Source: an uncultured Anaerolineaceae bacterium (GTDB lineage: Bacteria; Chloroflexota; Anaerolineae; Anaerolineales; E44-bin32). From it: DNA of 64,000 nt. Location of the stretch: NCBI GenBank assembly GCA_964575425.1, contig CAZNRD010000005.1, positions 23,851 to 87,850 of the forward strand, written 5' to 3'. This document shows positions 61,464 through 64,000 of this stretch, piece after piece; positions within the stretch are counted from its first letter, which is position 1; every line of letters begins with the position of its first letter. The notes beneath the pieces are model-generated. The model made no database searches and was not told where the DNA came from. It worked only from the letters and a program-made list of their open reading frames with translations. A program made the position numbers and the translations under genes.

Positions 61464-63455
61464 ATGCCTCTGTTCCATGAATTCAACGTGCTGCCGGCAT
61501 TGATGCTGCTCCTCGTCTGGGCAGTGGGCGGCTGGCTCATTGCGCTGCGCTTGTTCGAGCTCGGGAGAGGCGAAAGGCCACTCGTTGGACTTGGCCTCGG
61601 GATGACGCTGAGCACCTGGCTGACCAATTTCGTGGCGCGTGGTCTGGGCATTGGCCTCGCTGCCTGGATTTCGGCTGGCGTTGTGGTGGCCTTCGGCCTG
61701 GCGCTGGCATTTCCTCTGCTGCCTCGCATGCGCCCGCCCTTCGACGTTCGGCCCGGACGCTTGCTCAGTCTCATTATGCTGGCATTGCTCTTCACCCTGG
61801 TCGGGCGAGGCCTGGCCATCTTTGACGACTACCAGAATCTACCGTTCCTCTCCCGCATCGCCGCTGGGGATATTCCGCCGCACTTCCCCTTCGATCCAGA
61901 GATCCGCCTGGGGTATCACTACTTCTTGCTCTTGCTGGCGGCGCAGTGGATCGGCGCGGCGGGTGCGCTCCCGTGGGCGGCTCTTGATCTGGCGCGCGGC
62001 GTGACGATGGCGCTGGCAGTGTTGTTGATCGGGCTGCTGGCCTTCCGGCTGACCCGAAAACCCATGGCGGAAATGGCCGCGGTGGGGTTTGGCGCGCTCG
62101 CCGGAGGCTCTCGCTGGATGCTGCTGTTCCTGCCCGTTGCGCTCGCTGCGCGTCTTTCCAATAGCATAGACTTGCTGGGCTCGGGGGCGAGAACCGGTGA
62201 GAACCTCAGTGAGGCATTGCTCAGACACTGGTCGCTCAATGGGGATGGTCCGATTCCATTTCCCTTTGCCTACGCCAGCGGTGTCTACCCTCCCCGCATC
62301 CTGGCTCTCTCAGGTGTGGGCGTGGCCCCGCTGCTGATCGTCATGCTGCTTGTCCTCACGGCGGACCGGGTGCGAAGTCCCTGGGGCTGGGGTGTGATCG
62401 CCATCCTCCTGGCATCCCTTGCGCTTCTCTCTGAACCCACATACGTTCTCTTGCTCGTAGGGATGCTCGTCGTGGTTGGTACTCGGCTGCTCCTTGGTCG
62501 TTCTCGGTGTCGATCCGCCGTTTCCCTTTGGTGGGCGGCGGCAGCAGTCGTTTCGGTGCTGATGGCCGGAATCCAGGGAGGGATGATGACAGAGGTGGCC
62601 CTGCGACTGGTCAACAGCCCGGCCGGCCGGGGCACATACTACGACGTAACCTTTCAACTGTCCTGGCCCCCGACAGTCATCTCCTCTCATCTGGGGGATC
62701 TCCCCCTGACCAGGTTCTTTGGTCTCTTGTCAGCCTTCTTCGAATTTGGGCCGATGGTGCTGGCCTTTCCGTTGGTGATCGCGCATGGCCTCAGCGCCTG
62801 GAAGGAGGGCCGGCAGGGCGAGGCAGGGTTGGTCCTGGCTGGGCTGCTCAGCCTCGGGATGGTCTTCGTCCGGTATGCGGGAGTTGCCGGGCCGACAGCA
62901 ACCACGCGCCTCTATGGTTTGTTCGGCGATGTGTGCCTCATCTACGCCGTGCCGCTCGTCTGGCGGTGGCTGGAAGGCCGCGGCACAACGGCGCAGGCGG
63001 CAGGGGCCTTGATGGGCCTCGCCGCTGTGTTCAGCGGCCTCGTTCTGCTTGGGATCCAGTTCGTGGCTGTTCCGAAACCGGTGGCCTCGTACTTCCTCGA
63101 CGATCTGGACGCGCAGATGTTTCGACGGCACTGGAATACCCTCCCCTCGGACTCAATGGTTTTCGACCCCTTGCCAGCTCGCGCCGTGACCGTCTTCGGC
63201 CGGGCGATCGAGGCGCAGGTGGATCTGAGTGGCCCGACAGACGAGTACAGGCGTCTGGCGGAAGCCCCGGATCCGAGTCGGCTGCGTGCGGCAGGTTTCG
63301 AATTTGTGTACGCTGACCGGGCGTATTGGCTGCGCCACAGGCACGAGCTGTCGGCGGAGTGTGTGGTGGTCGTGGATGAGGTGCTTGACATTTTGTCAGC
63401 GACCGGAGAAGTTGGGGACTTCCGACGCCTGGCTGATCTCCGTGCGTGCCGCTGA
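61464..63455 (+). CDS. Large polytopic membrane protein (GT-C-like candidate, singleton)
   Basis: 663 aa. Acidic loop AIFDDYQNLPFLSRIAAGDIPPHFPFDPEIRLGYHY; more than 12 helices; soluble C-terminal ~130 aa. Confidence 0.45.
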   Translation: MPLFHEFNVLPALMLLLVWAVGGWLIALRLFELGRGERPLVGLGLGMTLSTWLTNFVARGLGIGLAAWISAGVVVAFGLALAFPLLPRMRPPFDVRPGRLLSLIMLALLFTLVGRGLAIFDDYQNLPFLSRIAAGDIPPHFPFDPEIRLGYHYFLLLLAAQWIGAAGALPWAALDLARGVTMALAVLLIGLLAFRLTRKPMAEMAAVGFGALAGGSRWMLLFLPVALAARLSNSIDLLGSGARTGENLSEALLRHWSLNGDGPIPFPFAYASGVYPPRILALSGVGVAPLLIVMLLVLTADRVRSPWGWGVIAILLASLALLSEPTYVLLLVGMLVVVGTRLLLGRSRCRSAVSLWWAAAAVVSVLMAGIQGGMMTEVALRLVNSPAGRGTYYDVTFQLSWPPTVISSHLGDLPLTRFFGLLSAFFEFGPMVLAFPLVIAHGLSAWKEGRQGEAGLVLAGLLSLGMVFVRYAGVAGPTATTRLYGLFGDVCLIYAVPLVWRWLEGRGTTAQAAGALMGLAAVFSGLVLLGIQFVAVPKPVASYFLDDLDAQMFRRHWNTLPSDSMVFDPLPARAVTVFGRAIEAQVDLSGPTDEYRRLAEAPDPSRLRAAGFEFVYADRAYWLRHRHELSAECVVVVDEVLDILSATGEVGDFRRLADLRACR

Positions 63456-63464
63456 CGCAGGCTG

Positions 63465-63481
63465 GCGCCCGGCGGGGGCGC
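63465..63481 (+). terminator. GC-only hairpin 10 nt after stop (weak, U-tract-less terminator candidate)
   Basis: GCGCCC-ggcgg-GGGCGC read directly, followed by atcgtctct, at the start of a 200-bp gap. Confidence 0.25.
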
Positions 63482-63655
63482 ATCGTCTCTGGCCCCGAGC
63501 ACAGGGCGATCTGAGAGCAGTGGCTCCGACCGCGCTCGCACGAGCCGCAGATGCGATAGCGCTCCGGCTTGAGGCCATCACGAGGAAGCAAGCCGGAGGG
63601 GAATCAGAGCCCGTGTTCCGATCTCCGCGGAGAAGAGGATCGGAGGGGAGAGAGC

Positions 63656-64000
63656 GATGCTAGCCATCCTGCCTCTGGCCGGCTTCGCTCTGCTGTGGCT
63701 TCTCTTGGCGCGGGAAGGCCCTGGCGCGGAGGGCCGACGAGTTGAGTGGAGAGATGCCTTCGGCGCGGCCACGATTGCCTGGGGGTGGATCGTTCTTGGT
63801 ATCACGCTTCTCCTCAGCGTGGTGCATGGACTGACGCAGTTCTGGCTCTCCGCCTATTGGCTCGGGATCGACGGCCTTCTTGTGCTGGCTCTGATGCGCA
63901 ATGCCCCACGAGGGCATTCGGGTCTGGCTTGGCCTCCGCTGCGCGACAGACGCTTGCCGGCGTTCGATCGCTGGGACTTGTCGATTCTGGCGGCAGTCGC
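63656..64000 (+). CDS. Polytopic GT-C-like membrane protein, paralog family A copy 4, N-terminal 115 codons (runs off right edge)
   Basis: Hand translation from ATG 63656 (SD GGAGGGGAG upstream): MLAILPLAGFALLWLLLAREGPGAEGRRVEWRDAFGAATIAWGWIVLGITLLLSVVHGLTQFW... This parallels the N-termini of 47929 (..RQQRPDLEWRRAWLQAAVL..), 49872 (..EAWRRAFVKTAL..) and 53590 (..WGWRRSFVRGAIL..). Confidence 0.5.

Overview
High-GC (roughly 65% by eye) bacterial DNA that is almost entirely coding. The only minus-strand gene is the 5' part of a Wzx/PST-type flippase (1..850). All of the other ~52 recognisable genes lie on the plus strand in one ~63-kb co-directional array, with many ATGA/GTGA start-stop overlaps. 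The content is a very large glycan biosynthesis supercluster (cell-envelope polysaccharide/lipoglycan or protein-glycosylation type).

Main components:
- a MarR-EPS-type regulator, a GDP-fucose-synthase homolog and a Wzm/Wzt ABC exporter;
- two KpsC/KpsS-like transferases;
- a PseB / NeuB / cytidylyltransferase nonulosonic-acid block that encloses an ACP + aaRS-like amino acid:ACP ligase + AAC(3)-fold acyltransferase cassette;
- a second ulosonic-acid block (NeuA-KdsC-type phosphatase fusion plus a second NeuB homolog), giving three NeuA/KdsB-family cytidylyltransferases in total;
- six SAM-methyltransferase domains and about nine GT-A/GT-B glycosyltransferases;
- a GtrB-like polyprenyl-phosphate glycosyltransferase and an LtaS/EptA-like membrane phosphotransferase;
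- at least 13 large polytopic GT-C-like membrane proteins, in three tandem paralog families plus singletons.

I recognised no rRNA, tRNA, CRISPR array, transposase or integrase. I also found no initiating phosphoglycosyltransferase, no PLP sugar aminotransferase and no outer-membrane export component.

The most interesting candidate is the carrier-protein aminoacylation cassette at 16048..18309. It sits inside the nonulosonic-acid operon and suggests tRNA-independent aminoacylation of a glycan residue. The unusual density of GT-C paralogs comes second, including a ~110-nt scar of a duplicated methyltransferase-GT2 gene.

All functional calls rest on motif recognition by eye and remembered family signatures; no database search was run. 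The source organism cannot be assigned from this window alone.
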